From NCBI GenBank assembly GCA_028534125.1, contig CM052817.1, forward strand, positions 28,646,001 through 28,710,000: a stretch of 64,000 bases of DNA, given 5' to 3'. This DNA comes from Lama glama (taxonomy: Eukaryota). Below, piece by piece: positions 25,181 through 36,897 of this stretch. Every line of letters begins with the position of its first letter. Position 1 is the first letter of the stretch. The notes beneath the pieces were generated by a model that ran no database searches, was not told the origin of the DNA, and was given only the letters and a program-made list of their open reading frames with translations. A program made the translations under genes and the position numbers.

Positions 25181-26805
25181 GTCCCTTTAAGATATGGATG
25201 CATCCGGGAGAAGAGAATTTTCACCCAGCTTCCTTGGTTAAGGCCGAGAAAGTATCAATCACAGTAGAAAAGTCCTGTCTGTGGTATATATTGCTGGAAC
25301 TCCGGGGAGGTAGCTAGTCTCATGAGAACCCTAACTCTGACATCTGTCCTCTGAACAAGAGGAGAGAAGGCTCTGTAAGACTTAAAGAGGGAAAGAAGCC
25401 CGGATGAGAGCTCCAAGCTCCCTGAAGGCGCCCGGCTGAGTGGCACAGAGCAGGGGAAGCTTCCCTCTGGGGATTCCAGATTTGACTTAGTTTAAACCTA
25501 AAATGATTTACAAAATCCAAACTGACTTATGAAATTTGACATTTGCTCGATTACTCTTTCTGCCAGCACACAGAATGTGCTCTTGAGACAGAAACTACAT
25601 TCAGTTTTCTAGAAACATAGCAAGTTTCTTTTCTTGGGCTCCCTTTGTTTGCAAGTTTGAAAATACGTATCAAAAATGATAAAATTAAGGGGTTACTATT
25701 ACAAATAAAATGACCTAAAAGAGTTCTCGACCACAGGGTTGTTTTAATTGGCCATTCTTTTCTATTTTTAAAGAACTGAATTATCTGCACACCACAGCCC
25801 ATCTGTATTGAAAAGAGCATAATAATTAAATCATGTGGAAATTAGTACTATGAGGAAGCCAAGACTATTTGTCCTACTTGTGAAATAATGAGCATACCTT
25901 GTTTGCAGCCTTTGGCATTATAATGTTATTACATAACCATTTAATTAAAGTTCTTATTCTACTGCTAAAACAACTGATCAATATCCATTTCCATCCTCTG
26001 GTGGCTGGAGCCAAAATGATACTATTGTAAATGAGCCATAGACAGGTAATGGTCATTTTGCACTGATACATTTAAAGAAGTTTCCCTGGAGCTTCTAATT
26101 TCCTTAAGGGGTGGGACAAAGTATCTATACCGTTCTCCGTGTAGATGAGAATACGCCCTTTAACATCCTCTGCCCTCTGTAGCAATATATTAACATCTGA
26201 GAGAGGTTACCAAGCAAATTTTCCTGTAGAATTACTCCCTACTACTTTCTCTGGGACTAACCCCATTGAGAAAGTCCTGTTTCAATTCTAAGTTGAGCAA
26301 ACACTCATTCAAATAAGCCAGAAGATGCTTGAGCCATGAAGGACTGATTTACTGATGGTTCTGTGTTCGAGGCTCACACTGAAATAAGTGTAGTACTTGT
26401 TATCAATGGCACGTGATTTACAGGGAGAGCTTAAGTTCCACACTCGGGAAGAGGTCAACAGAAGTGCAGTTACAACAGGAAAAGAATTGGAGAAAAAGCA
26501 GGTTACATTATAGCACTTATACTTCAAAGGGAGAGAACGTATTGCTTTCCTTCATTTAAAACTTTATATATTTTGATTAAAGTAGATGATGTAAAGTATA
26601 TTGTGTATAGAGCTATACTTATTATATGTGAAATTATACATTTTTCAGAAAAAAAGATGCCTGTTATATGAATAATTTATTTGCATTTTTTTGGTATTAA
26701 GTCCCAATTACATGCCAGATGCTGTAATACAGCAGCAAAAAGGTAGTTGTTGTAGTCACTGATATTATTCACACCCTTTCACTTTCCTATCATTAGATGG
26801 TTCCC

Positions 26806-27766
26806 TGTTGGGGGCTAAATTGTGGGTCCTCAAAATTTAGATGTTGAAGTCCTAATGCCCAGTACCTCAGAATGTGATTGTATTTGGAGATGCAGCGTTT
26901 AAAGAGGTAATTAAGTTAAAATGAGGTCATTACAGAACCCCAGGAGGGGACAGTTCTCAGTCCTTGTCTTGCCAGAAAGAAAAGAATTCAGATGGGCGAC
27001 TAAAGCGTTGTGTAAGGATTTATTAGCAAAGTGAAAGTTAGCGAGCAAAGTACACCTTCGAGAATTGCAGGTGGGCCAACCCGAGAGAGGATAAAGGCCC
27101 CGCCCCTCCTTTGCTTCCCCTGTCTCGGATCCTGGCTTAGGGCCATTCTTGTGATTGACTGACAGCTCACACCCCTTGAGTGCTTAGGTATGCCCATCTC
27201 CTTTGCACGTGCTCTTACCCTCGATGCACACAGAAAAGCTCTGGGGGGTGAGGGGAGGGGAGCCCAGACCACAGTGCTAATTACATTATAATGAGCACTG
27301 GGTTATGCTCCGTTGCGTCCTTCTCTCTCCTGCTCAGTCGCAGTGCCTGGTTCTAACCCACTCCTTTGTTGGCACTCATTAAGGGAAACTAGAATTCTTG
27401 GAAGCCCCTTATCCTGAGCGCAGGTGTACCGTTATCTTCTGGATTGTTCCCTCCCCTTTCTTCTCCCCATACCTGGTGCCCCGTGCTATCTAACTGCCTA
27501 ACAATTAAGTTGAACCTAGGTCAGTATGCCGTGTCCTTGAAAGAAGAGGGGATTAGGACACGGACACACACTGAGGAAAGACCGCTGGAAGATGCAGGGA
27601 GAGCACAGCATCGGCGAGCCCAGGAGAGAGGCCTCGGAAGAAGCCAACCCTGCTGACACTCTGCTCTCAGACTGTCAGCCTGAAGAACTGTGAGAAAATG
27701 AGTTGATGTCGTTTCAGCCACCCAGTCAGGGGCAGTTTGTGTTGGCAGCCTTAGCAAACTAATTCA
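26806..27766 (+). mobile_element. MLT1B-like MaLR solo LTR split by a younger LTR
   Basis: 5' part tgttgggggctaaattgtgggtcctcaaaatttagatgttgaagtcctaatgcccagtacctcagaatgtg...aaatgaggtcatta; 3' part resumes at ~27504 and ends gcagccttagcaaactaattca. Confidence 0.9.
26930..27503 (-). mobile_element. Young CpG-rich ERV1-like (MER4-group-like) solo LTR
   Basis: Minus strand begins TGTTAGGCAGTTAGATAG and carries AATAAA (27019-27024), a GC box GGGGCGGGG, an E-box CACGTG and a 3' end ...ggggttctgtaa; it interrupts MLT1B cleanly. Confidence 0.8.
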
Positions 27767-28017
27767 GGCCCTGTGAACTGAGAGCATTAAATTGCTGGTC
27801 TGTCCAGTGTGTTCGTCCCTTGCCGTGGTGGCGGTGTTCCAGAGCACCAGGAAAACTGGCAGTATTTCAGGTAGTGCTGCTCACCAGCCTCGGTCCTAGA
27901 GGGATTTTGCAGAATATAATCCTAGTGACTTGCAATGGTGTAAGCAAAAAATGAACTTTTTGTTCAAGCTATTGTGATGGCTACATGACTTTGTCAAAAC
28001 TATTAAAGTTAGCAGAG

Positions 28018-30150
28018 TTTTTTTAGTATTTTTTAATTGAAGTAGGTGTACAATATTATGTTCATTTCAGGGGCACTACATAATGATTTAAAATTTGCAT
28101 ATGTTATGAACTGCTCACCACAAGTCTAGTAACCATCTGTCCCCATAAAAAATTATATTATTGACAATATTCCCTATGCTCTATATCACATCCCTGTAAC
28201 TTATTGATTATATAACTTTATCCATTTGTCTATTGATGGATACTTAGGTTGCTTTCATACCTTGGCTATTATAAATAATGCTGTAATAAGCATACTATAA
28301 TACCTCTTAACCCACTATATATTTCACCCATACCACATCTCCTTCCCTTCTGGCAACCACTCATTTGTTCTCTGTGTCTAGGAGTCTATTCTTCATTTTG
28401 TTTTGTTTTGTTTTTTGACTCTACATGTAAGTGAGACCATGTGGCATTTGTCTTTGTCTGACATTTCATTTAGCATAATACCCTCTAGGTCCATCCATGT
28501 TGTTGCAAATGGCAAAATTTTTATTTTTTATGGCTGAATAGTATTCTGTTGCTCACATCTTCTTTATCCATTTGTCTATTGATGGATATTTAGGTTACTT
28601 CCATACCTTGGCTGTTAGAAATAATACTGTAATAAACATTGGAGTACATAAATCTTTTCAAATTAGTATTTTTGTTTTCTTCAGGTAAATACCCAGAAGA
28701 GAAATTGCTTCATCATACAGAAGCTCTATTTTCAATTTTTGGAGGAACTCTTATACTGTTTTCCACAGTGGTTGTACCAATTTACAGTCTCACCAATAGT
28801 ACACAGGGTTTCCTTTTCTCCAAACTTCAACAACACTTGTTACTTCTTATCTTTTTGATAACAGACATTCTGACAAGTGTGAGGTGGTATCTCATTGTGG
28901 TTTTGATCTGCATTTCCCTGATAATTAGAGATCTGAGCATCTTTCAATGTGCCTCTTGGCCATCTTTATATCTTCTTTGGAAAAAAGTCTATTCTGCTTC
29001 TCTGCTTATTTTTTAATTACGTTGTTTCTTTCTTTGATGTTGTTATATGAGTTCTTCGTATATTTTGGATCTTAAGACTTTAACTCCTTATCAGGTATAT
29101 CATTTGTAAATATCTTCTCGCATCCAGTAAGGGGGACTTTTTGTTTTGTTTCTAGTTTCCTTAGCTATGGAAAGCTTTGTAGTTTGACGCAGTCCCGTTT
29201 GTTTATTTTTACTTTTGTTTCCCTTGCCTGAGGAGACAAATTCAAAAAAATATTTTTAAGATCGATGTCAGAGAGCATACTGTATGTTTTCTTCTAGGAG
29301 TTTTATGGTTTCAGGTCTTACATTTAAGTCTTTAACCATTTTGGGTTAATTTTTGTTCATGGTGTGAGAAAGTAGTCTGGTATGCTTGTTTTGCATGTAG
29401 CTGTCCAGTTTTCCCAAACCATTTATTGACGAGGCTGTCTTTTCCCCAGTGTATATTATTGCCTCCTCTGTCATAGATTAATTGACCACAAAAAGGGTGA
29501 GGTCTGGCCCCTGGGTGGCTGACTGGGAGGACCAAGGGTCCTGGGGCTGATGCCAACCCCACCTGCACTAAAGCTAGAGGAAAAACTCTGAAATGGCATT
29601 TGCCAGTACCAGTGTCCTTGTGGTAGAAGGAGCCTCAGGAAGGTTCTACAAGATCAGAAGATGGATCTGACCCAGGCTCCTTTCAAATTACTGTCTCTGT
29701 ATTAGGACTCAGAGTATGTGAGAATTTGAACATGCAGAGCAAAGTCTCAGTTTCCTACAGCCCTCCAATTCTCCTGTACACAAAGCTTACCAGCCTTTAA
29801 AGCCAAACATTCTAGGGGTACCACCTCCCAGGGGCAAACATTCTAGAGGCTCTGGGCTGGAGAGACTGATATGGGCTCAGAACCGTCCCTCCTTGGGAAG
29901 AATTCCTGTAACTGTGATCATCCTCATGCTCGTGGGTCTCCCACCCTGGGGGATGAGTTTTGATTTTACTGCCTCTCTGCTCTTCTTACTCATCTACTTG
30001 TGGTCCCTACTTTATAGCTTTAGTCGTGGAAAATCTTTTCTGCTCATCTTCAGGTCATTCTCATAGATAGTTGCTCTGTAAATACTTGTCATTTGGGTAT
30101 ACCTATGGGAGAAGGTGAGCTCAGGGTCTTCCTACTCAGCCATCTTGGCC
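28018..30150 (-). mobile_element. Internally deleted L1: 5' UTR joined to ORF2 C-terminus and 3' UTR, with TSD
   Basis: Minus strand starts ggccaagatggctgagtaggaagaccctgagctcacc (L1 5' end), joins at ~29490 to GQLIYDRGG...DSLVNKW (ORF2 C-terminal), then 3' UTR and A tail. TSD taaagttagca at 28004-28014 and 30151-30161. Confidence 0.9.
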
Positions 30151-33100
30151 TAAAGTTAGCAAATGTTCTTTAAAATCACTCAGTCATATTTATGGTAAGG
30201 CTATGGAGGAAAAGTATAATTTTACATTTTCACAGTAAAACAACTTTTGTATGAATCTCAACCATTTCAGACACAGAAATGGTAAATATTTTTCTACAGT
30301 TCTGGAAAGTTAATTATTAGAAGGGTGACTGATATAGTCAGGCAACATTATTAGAGCATGATAAAACAAGGATCAAAATCCACATTTTCAACTACTTTAA
30401 AAAAACGCTATATTTTTATGCCTCTTTAAGAAGTTGAATTTACAATGGAAGAAACATTCAAAGTGTGTAGCAACTAAAACTGCAGTATTTCATCCCCTAT
30501 ACTTGTATCTCTCCCCCAAACTAAAATAAAAAATATTTTTTAAATTTCTTATTATTTAGTATAAGCAGTTAAAATAGAAGCTTTGAAATTTCAGCTTTTA
30601 AAGAGAAATAAAATATGCTTGTCACTATTTAATTTCTATAAACATTATTTATCTAAAAGTAAGGAGAAATACCTTTATTTCTATTTCATCTCTGATCTGC
30701 CCTTAGACTCACATGACTACTAGTGTCTTCTGACTGCTTCACAAGCTAAGTTTGAATTAATTCAATTTAATAAAGATTTACCAAGTCCCTAGATGGTTTA
30801 TGTTCTGTGCTAGACCAAAAGATCCAAAAAAAAAAGGTGAAAACTAGGCCTATGAATTACAAACTTATTAAGTTAAACTATGAAACTCTTTGCACTTCTA
30901 GATATGAAGCAGTTATGTAATGACTGAGAACATTATTATTTTCCATAATATGAGATTAATCAAATGATAAAGATTTCAAAGGGCATGCATAACAATGGAT
31001 AGAATTTTATGTTCACACTTAGAATAACCAGCTTGTTTAAACATATAGTTTAACACAGATTGAGCTGCAATGAAGATTTTTTTAATAATGAATTTCACCC
31101 TGTCTTGGAAATGCCCAAATTAAAGATGAAAACTAACTCTTGCTCTATCTAGGCCATACCCTGGGGGAACAGCCGGATTGTTCTTCACAATTTAATGTCT
31201 TTGATTTTGTGCAGTCTAACTCCATATGCTTCTGGCAGTGGGGTTTCCACAATGTCCTTTGCAAAAGACAATCTTGGCACAATTGATCTCACTGTCAGGA
31301 TATCTTTGAAGATATTCTGAATAATTTCCTCATTCTCTTAATCACATGTCTGTGACAATTCCCAGTGTAGAGCCACACAGTATGTTAAATAATGGTAATA
31401 ACAAAAGACCATCGTGTTCTTTTGTTAATAGTCAGTGGACTAAAACATTACTAACAGGTGCACCCACCATAATACCATTGCCTATATCTGTCATCAGAGA
31501 ATAAAGAGAGAAATTCACTCCTATAAATTACCTTTCTTCCCTTTAATTAAGATTTGCTTGTCTTAATGGAACAAGAAAGTCACTTAGCAGTGTTTTGGAT
31601 TGTCCACAATCCAGAACTAATTACAGAGTTTAATTTGTGGTGATTAAATTACTTAGATCAGGGCTTGAAAATAACAGCCCATGAACTGTATCTGTCCTCA
31701 CACACATGTATTTTTTATGGCTTCTCAGCATTTCTTTCCTTATAGTCAATTGGCAGTATTGAAACTTGGGGAGACTTTTCAAATTTGACTTTCTGACTTT
31801 TATTGAAAAAAACAAAGGAAGAGAAGAGAAAAAGCAGAAGAGAGAAAGAGGAGGGAAGGGAAAAGGAAAGGGGAGCACAGAAGCAGAGAGAAGAGAAGAG
31901 AGGAGGGGAGAACCTATGAGGGCTTCTGGGTCAGCACCGCCTCTTGGTAACGAGAGGCCCTTCTGAGTCAACCTCTTAAGAAGGCATCTGCACCCCTTAT
32001 GCTTGCTATTCTCCTCCCTCTCCTTTATTCCTTAACTTCTGGCCCATTTTACTTGTTTTTAGAAACCTACCCTAGCCCCTGTGGTCATTTAATTTGTGGC
32101 TCTTAATTGAAGTGAGACTCCAAGCTCCATAGGCAAACCCAGTGCCTAATACAGCGTTAAATCCACAATAAAAGTTATTTGGGCTGAAACGAACTGTGTA
32201 CAGAGCTGAAGTCTCATCCAATAGCTCACATGGATTTTCATGTCAATTTCCATTAGATGGATTTCTTAGTGCCTTTTTATTCATTCTTCATTTCCCACTG
32301 TCAAGAGCAAATAGCACCTTTATCTTGTACTCGTCTTAACCTCGTCTCTACCGAGCAATGATTGGAGTGGCCTCCTTTCAAAGATGCCATTTCCTCTGAA
32401 GGCTCCTCCTGAAGCCAGGAGCCCTCAGCCTCCCAAACCAGGATATGATTCATTTTAAATGAGTAAAAAAATAAGCAAGGTCATCATAAGGCTGTAAAAC
32501 TGCTGTTTTCCCTCATTATTGAGGGCAGAAGAGCTTTAGCCCCTTAAGTTTGCATTATTAAATATTTGCTCAAGAATTGTGAACCAACTTTCATTTAACT
32601 TGCTAAGTAAGACTTTTTGACTCATTCAAATTAATCAGTTCTAAGCAATTTGAAGCCTTAAAATATTAGACTCTTCTCTCGTTACTCACGTTATCTTAAA
32701 CATACAGCCTTCAACTAAGTTTATAGCCTATGTTGTAATCCTCATTAAACTTAAAATAAAAATAAAATGTCCTGAATTCCCATATCCGAATAGCTATAAA
32801 ATCCAAATATTGTGTGATTTTACTCTATTAATTATACAATGTTTAACAAGTTTGGATTTTTTGGAGGGTTTCTTTTTTTTTTGTATGTTTGTTTTCAGCA
32901 TTTGTGGTGCTAAATTATACTTCTATTGGTTTCCAGAATTTGGAAGGTTTTTTTTTTCCCATCACAATATATTTATTTCACTATATTCTTGAGGTTTTCA
33001 TTTTTTCCTATTGATGCAATTCTTTTTACTTACTTCAATTCATAACTCATAACTCTAAAAAATCACAAGACATTTAATTTTTTAAAACACATTGATCCTG

Positions 33101-34486
33101 TGACTGCTAAGCTTTTATCTTAATTACATAAACTTCAAGATTTATGTGCATTTTCCTCTAAAGCATCTTTCATTTTTCATATATCTTTATTATTTTAACA
33201 TGGTTACATTTTGCCAAGATTTCTTCTCAATATGTTTTTTAAAAGATAAGTATAAAAAGAGAACTAACTAGATAGGAGCTCTTAGATATTTTAGAGCCGA
33301 TATTATTTTCATGTCTTTCATTCATTTCTTCTCTAGTATTTCTCTTTGCTTAAAATCATCGCAGAAGCCCAATTTATTCTGTGTAATTACTACAGCTACA
33401 ATTGCTGCTTATAGGTTTTTTTTTTAACTATTTTTTTTCCTTGAAACTTTTAATTCATAAAATATCTGTTAGTCTCTAACTTCTAGTTTCCTTTCTAAGA
33501 ACTGGCTAGGTTGGTTTGGAAGCCCACTTTAGCCACATTTTTTTTTTTGCCCTTTTCCGTTGCCTTTCTAGAACCTACATACTCCTGTTTGTTTCATTTA
33601 AACTCAGTTTAAGAACACTGAATGCTGTCATTAATTTCTTATTCTATTTAGCAAGCTAGAGTTATTTCTGGTTGAGGGAGTAAATGCACTATATAATTAT
33701 AGTTGATCAAATGTTTTATAATAATAGTTATAAGAAATGCTTACTGAATATAAACTCAGCCACCACCCACATTAGATTAACTGGTAACATTTCTGCTACA
33801 CACCATTTTCCATCTGGCAAACAGTGAAAGGACTTAGAATGGCTCAGGGTCATCTTAATATATGAAGTAAGATAACATAGAAGGAGAGAGTAAGGACTAT
33901 ATTTTTTTCAACAACTAAGATACATGATTTATTTTTTAAAATAATAATTATATCAAAATGTGTTCTCTAAGGCCTGAAAAATTAGTCAACTGACTCTGTA
34001 ATCTTAACCAACCTTTTCTCTTTTGGAAATTTTACTTGTAATAATCACATTGTTGATAGCTTTCAAACTAAAATTTGGAACAAGTCTAACAAGTCTGACA
34101 AATTGAATTGGATTTACAAAGAGAGTAGGACAAGATCATTGAAATCAGAGTCGTGTCTTACATTCCGGAATGGAAGGGCCCCACCGTAGAGAAAGTTCAC
34201 TAAGCAGAGTGAGTGAATGTTCCTCGCAGCACAGACAGGCCCGGCTGGCTTGGATCTTTCTTTCTGGGAGCAGGTACCTCTCTCTCTGCTTCTTTAAAGA
34301 ATAATGGGGAACAAACATCACACTTTTCTTTTTCCTGAAAATGCTAACTTCAGACCCTTTCCATTTTCAAGCTTGGCTAGATACTTCCACACTTGTTTCA
34401 GCATAACATATACAATATCATATATAGTACTGTATTTGTAGGCTCGTAATCAGCCCTTTTCACTTGGAATATAGGAAATATAAACA

Positions 34487-34890
34487 CAGGTGTACCTCAG
34501 AGATACTGAGGTTTGGTTCCAGACCACTGCAATAAAGCACATATTGCAGTAAAGCAAATCACATGAATGTTTTGGCTTCCCAGTGCATGTGAAAGTTATG
34601 TTTACACTATACTGTAGTTTATTAAGTTTGCAATAACATTATGTTTAAAAAACAATGTACATACCTTAATTAAAAATACTTGATTGCTAAAAATGCTGTC
34701 ATCAGATGACTGATCACAAATTACCATAACAAATATAATCATAATAATCATGATAAAATTTGAAATATGCTGAGAATTACCAAAATGTGACACAGAGACA
34801 TGAAGTGAGCAAATGCTGTTGATATTGATAGACTTGCTTGATGCAGGATTGCCACAAACTTTCAATTTGCAAAAACAAACAAACAAAAGC
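34487..34890 (-). mobile_element. Tigger1-derived non-autonomous DNA transposon (internal deletion)
   Basis: caggtgtacctcagagatactgaggtttggttccagaccactgcaataaagc is the Tigger1 terminal repeat/3' end; it joins at ~34700 to the Tigger1 5' part (aaaatgtgacacagagacatgaagtgagc...ttgccacaaactttcaatttg). The other TIR is not visible. Confidence 0.9.
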
Positions 34891-34989
34891 ATCTTTCATT
34901 TTTCTCAAACTGTAAGAAATAAGATGGAAAAAAAGCTTAGAACCATCCAGTCATTTAGAGGATATTAGCTGTACCACAAAGATCAGCTC

Positions 34990-35157
34990 AGAATAATTCT
35001 TTCTAAAAAGATCCTCCCAGATTTTCTAGGCTAATCTTTACTTAAAGCAAACTTACTATAGATGTGAATCATATCTGCATAATCACTTCATAACAACACT
35101 TAGATTAATATTTGATTGAATAATTGGACAAATTGACACACAACACTGACCATCATA
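34990..35157 (-). mobile_element. MLT2 (ERVL LTR) fragment
   Basis: tctttacttaaagcaaact...aattgacacacaacactgaccatcata resembles the antisense MLT2 5' end. Confidence 0.6.
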
Positions 35158-35479
35158 CCACATGTCTCTCATTTCAGATGACCTGAAGATAAATACCCAT
35201 TAAAGTATGTTGTAGGGGAGGGAATATGGATCATTTAGTAAAGAAATAAGGCAGAGAGTTATTTCTGGTAAAGAATTTTGAGTATGACTACTGGTACACC
35301 AAATAGATCAAGGACTTACTAATTTTTTGTTGAGGGAGAACCCATGAGCTTGGTCCAAAATAACATATGTTTGTAAAATAACTCCTGGCAGTCTCCTTTG
35401 CCAGGAGAGAGGCATTCAGCAAATAAGGAGAAAAGGTCATACTCCACAAAGTTTATTTCATAATTGCCCAAGGGGAATG

Positions 35480-35615
35480 AATAATGGACAAAGATGCCAG
35501 AACAATACATTCAATTTCCTGTTGGATATTCCCCCTTGGATGATCCACAAATTCAATACATTTAAAATTGCAGGAATTATATGTCACCATTCTATTGCCA
35601 CCCTGTCATACTTGT

Positions 35616-35646
<31 letters not shown>

Positions 35647-36370
35647 CACACACAAACACACATACACACATCCCTATCTCTATCTCTACTTCTATCTCTT
35701 TAAGTTTTCCTTATCTTTTAAAATGGCACCAACATCCACATCAATCCTTAAATTAGAATTCTGGGAATAAGTGTTGACTCTGTCTCTCTCACTCTACTAA
35801 TCCAATTGGTTTCCAAATCCAGTGAATGCTACCAGGTAAGTCTCTCTTTAAAATGTCCTCCTACCCATTTTTGCCATCTTAAAGCTACTAGCCATGTCAT
35901 ATCTGTAGCAGGGGCAGTGCTCATTATTGTTTGTCTAGAGCTGGGAGTAATCACTTTATGGAGAGCACCACATTTAATTCACAAAGTAATCTTGTAAAAT
36001 AGGTTCCAAATTATCTTCTCTTTATGGGATGTCATTCATCTAGTACACGGTACAGCCAGGACTCTAACTCCAAGCATCCAACACCAGAATCTTCATTCTC
36101 ACACACTTCAGGCTGTCCTGTTTTCTCATCTCAGTGTCTGTAGAAGCCCTTTGACTGCCTTCTTCCTCCTGCACTGACACCCTCCAAACTTTTATACATA
36201 CTGCTGTCAAAGCTAAATCGTCTTACTCTACTTCCTAAAAATCCCACAATACTTTCACATTGTTTAATGTGCAGAATTTATCATCTTTTCCAGGTCATTG
36301 AGGTCAGCCATGCTTGGGTTTTCTCAATTCAGCCTCACATCTCGCCATATTTTCCCTAATATTCTCCGCT
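35480..36370 (+). mobile_element. Degenerate L2 fragments with embedded (CT)n(CA)n microsatellite (~35615-35690)
   Basis: cctgttggatattcccccttggatgatccacaaattcaatacatttaaaattg and related L2 motifs. Confidence 0.55.
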
Positions 36371-36434
36371 TGAGTGACTAGGGTAACTTGAGTTACCCTC
36401 TTTGACAGAAATGCGTTCCTTAATCCTAAGCATG

Positions 36435-36897
36435 AATGTAGTTGGAACAGACTAAACTGCTAGAGCAAAGAGATCCAAAAAGATAATGTAGTGACTCGAC
36501 TGCAATAGAAGCTTTTCTTTTTCATGCAGTAGTCCAGGGTAGGTGTTTCAGTCTGGGAGGTGAAGGGCTGCAGCTCTTCTCTGCACGGTTATTCTGAGTT
36601 CAAAGCTGACAGTGGCTCTGCCATTGACACACAGCTTCCAAGGTTGCTGTCATTACACCATCACAGTCTGTAGGGGATACAAAGTTGTGGACGAGTGAAC
36701 TCCCAGTTTCATGGACCATTGCTGGAAGTAGCATGCATGCTTTCTACTCATTCTCCTTTGGCAAGAGCTTGATCACATGATGTCATCTCTCTCTGAAGGG
36801 CTGAGGTTTACCGTCTTTGGCTAGGCAGCTATAGACCAGATACAGCTATTTTGCTGTGGGAGAAAAAACATGGATAACAGTAGACAGATTTGCCACA
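36435..36897 (-). mobile_element. Old MLT1-type LTR
   Basis: ggaagtagcatgcatgctttctactcattctcctttggcaagagcttgatcacatg...; ends tttgccaca. Confidence 0.55.

Noticed and set aside
25230..25260. Short similarity to the U2 snRNA 5' end on the minus strand (ttctcggcctt)
   Set aside because: Only ~11 nt match; the rest of U2 is absent.
28639..29016. 125-aa hydrophobic ORF
   Set aside because: Typical antisense translation of the L1 ORF2 3' region (VRWYLIVVLICISLII).
31805..31910. Purine-rich stretch giving a K/E/R/G-rich ORF
   Set aside because: GA-rich low-complexity sequence, not coding.
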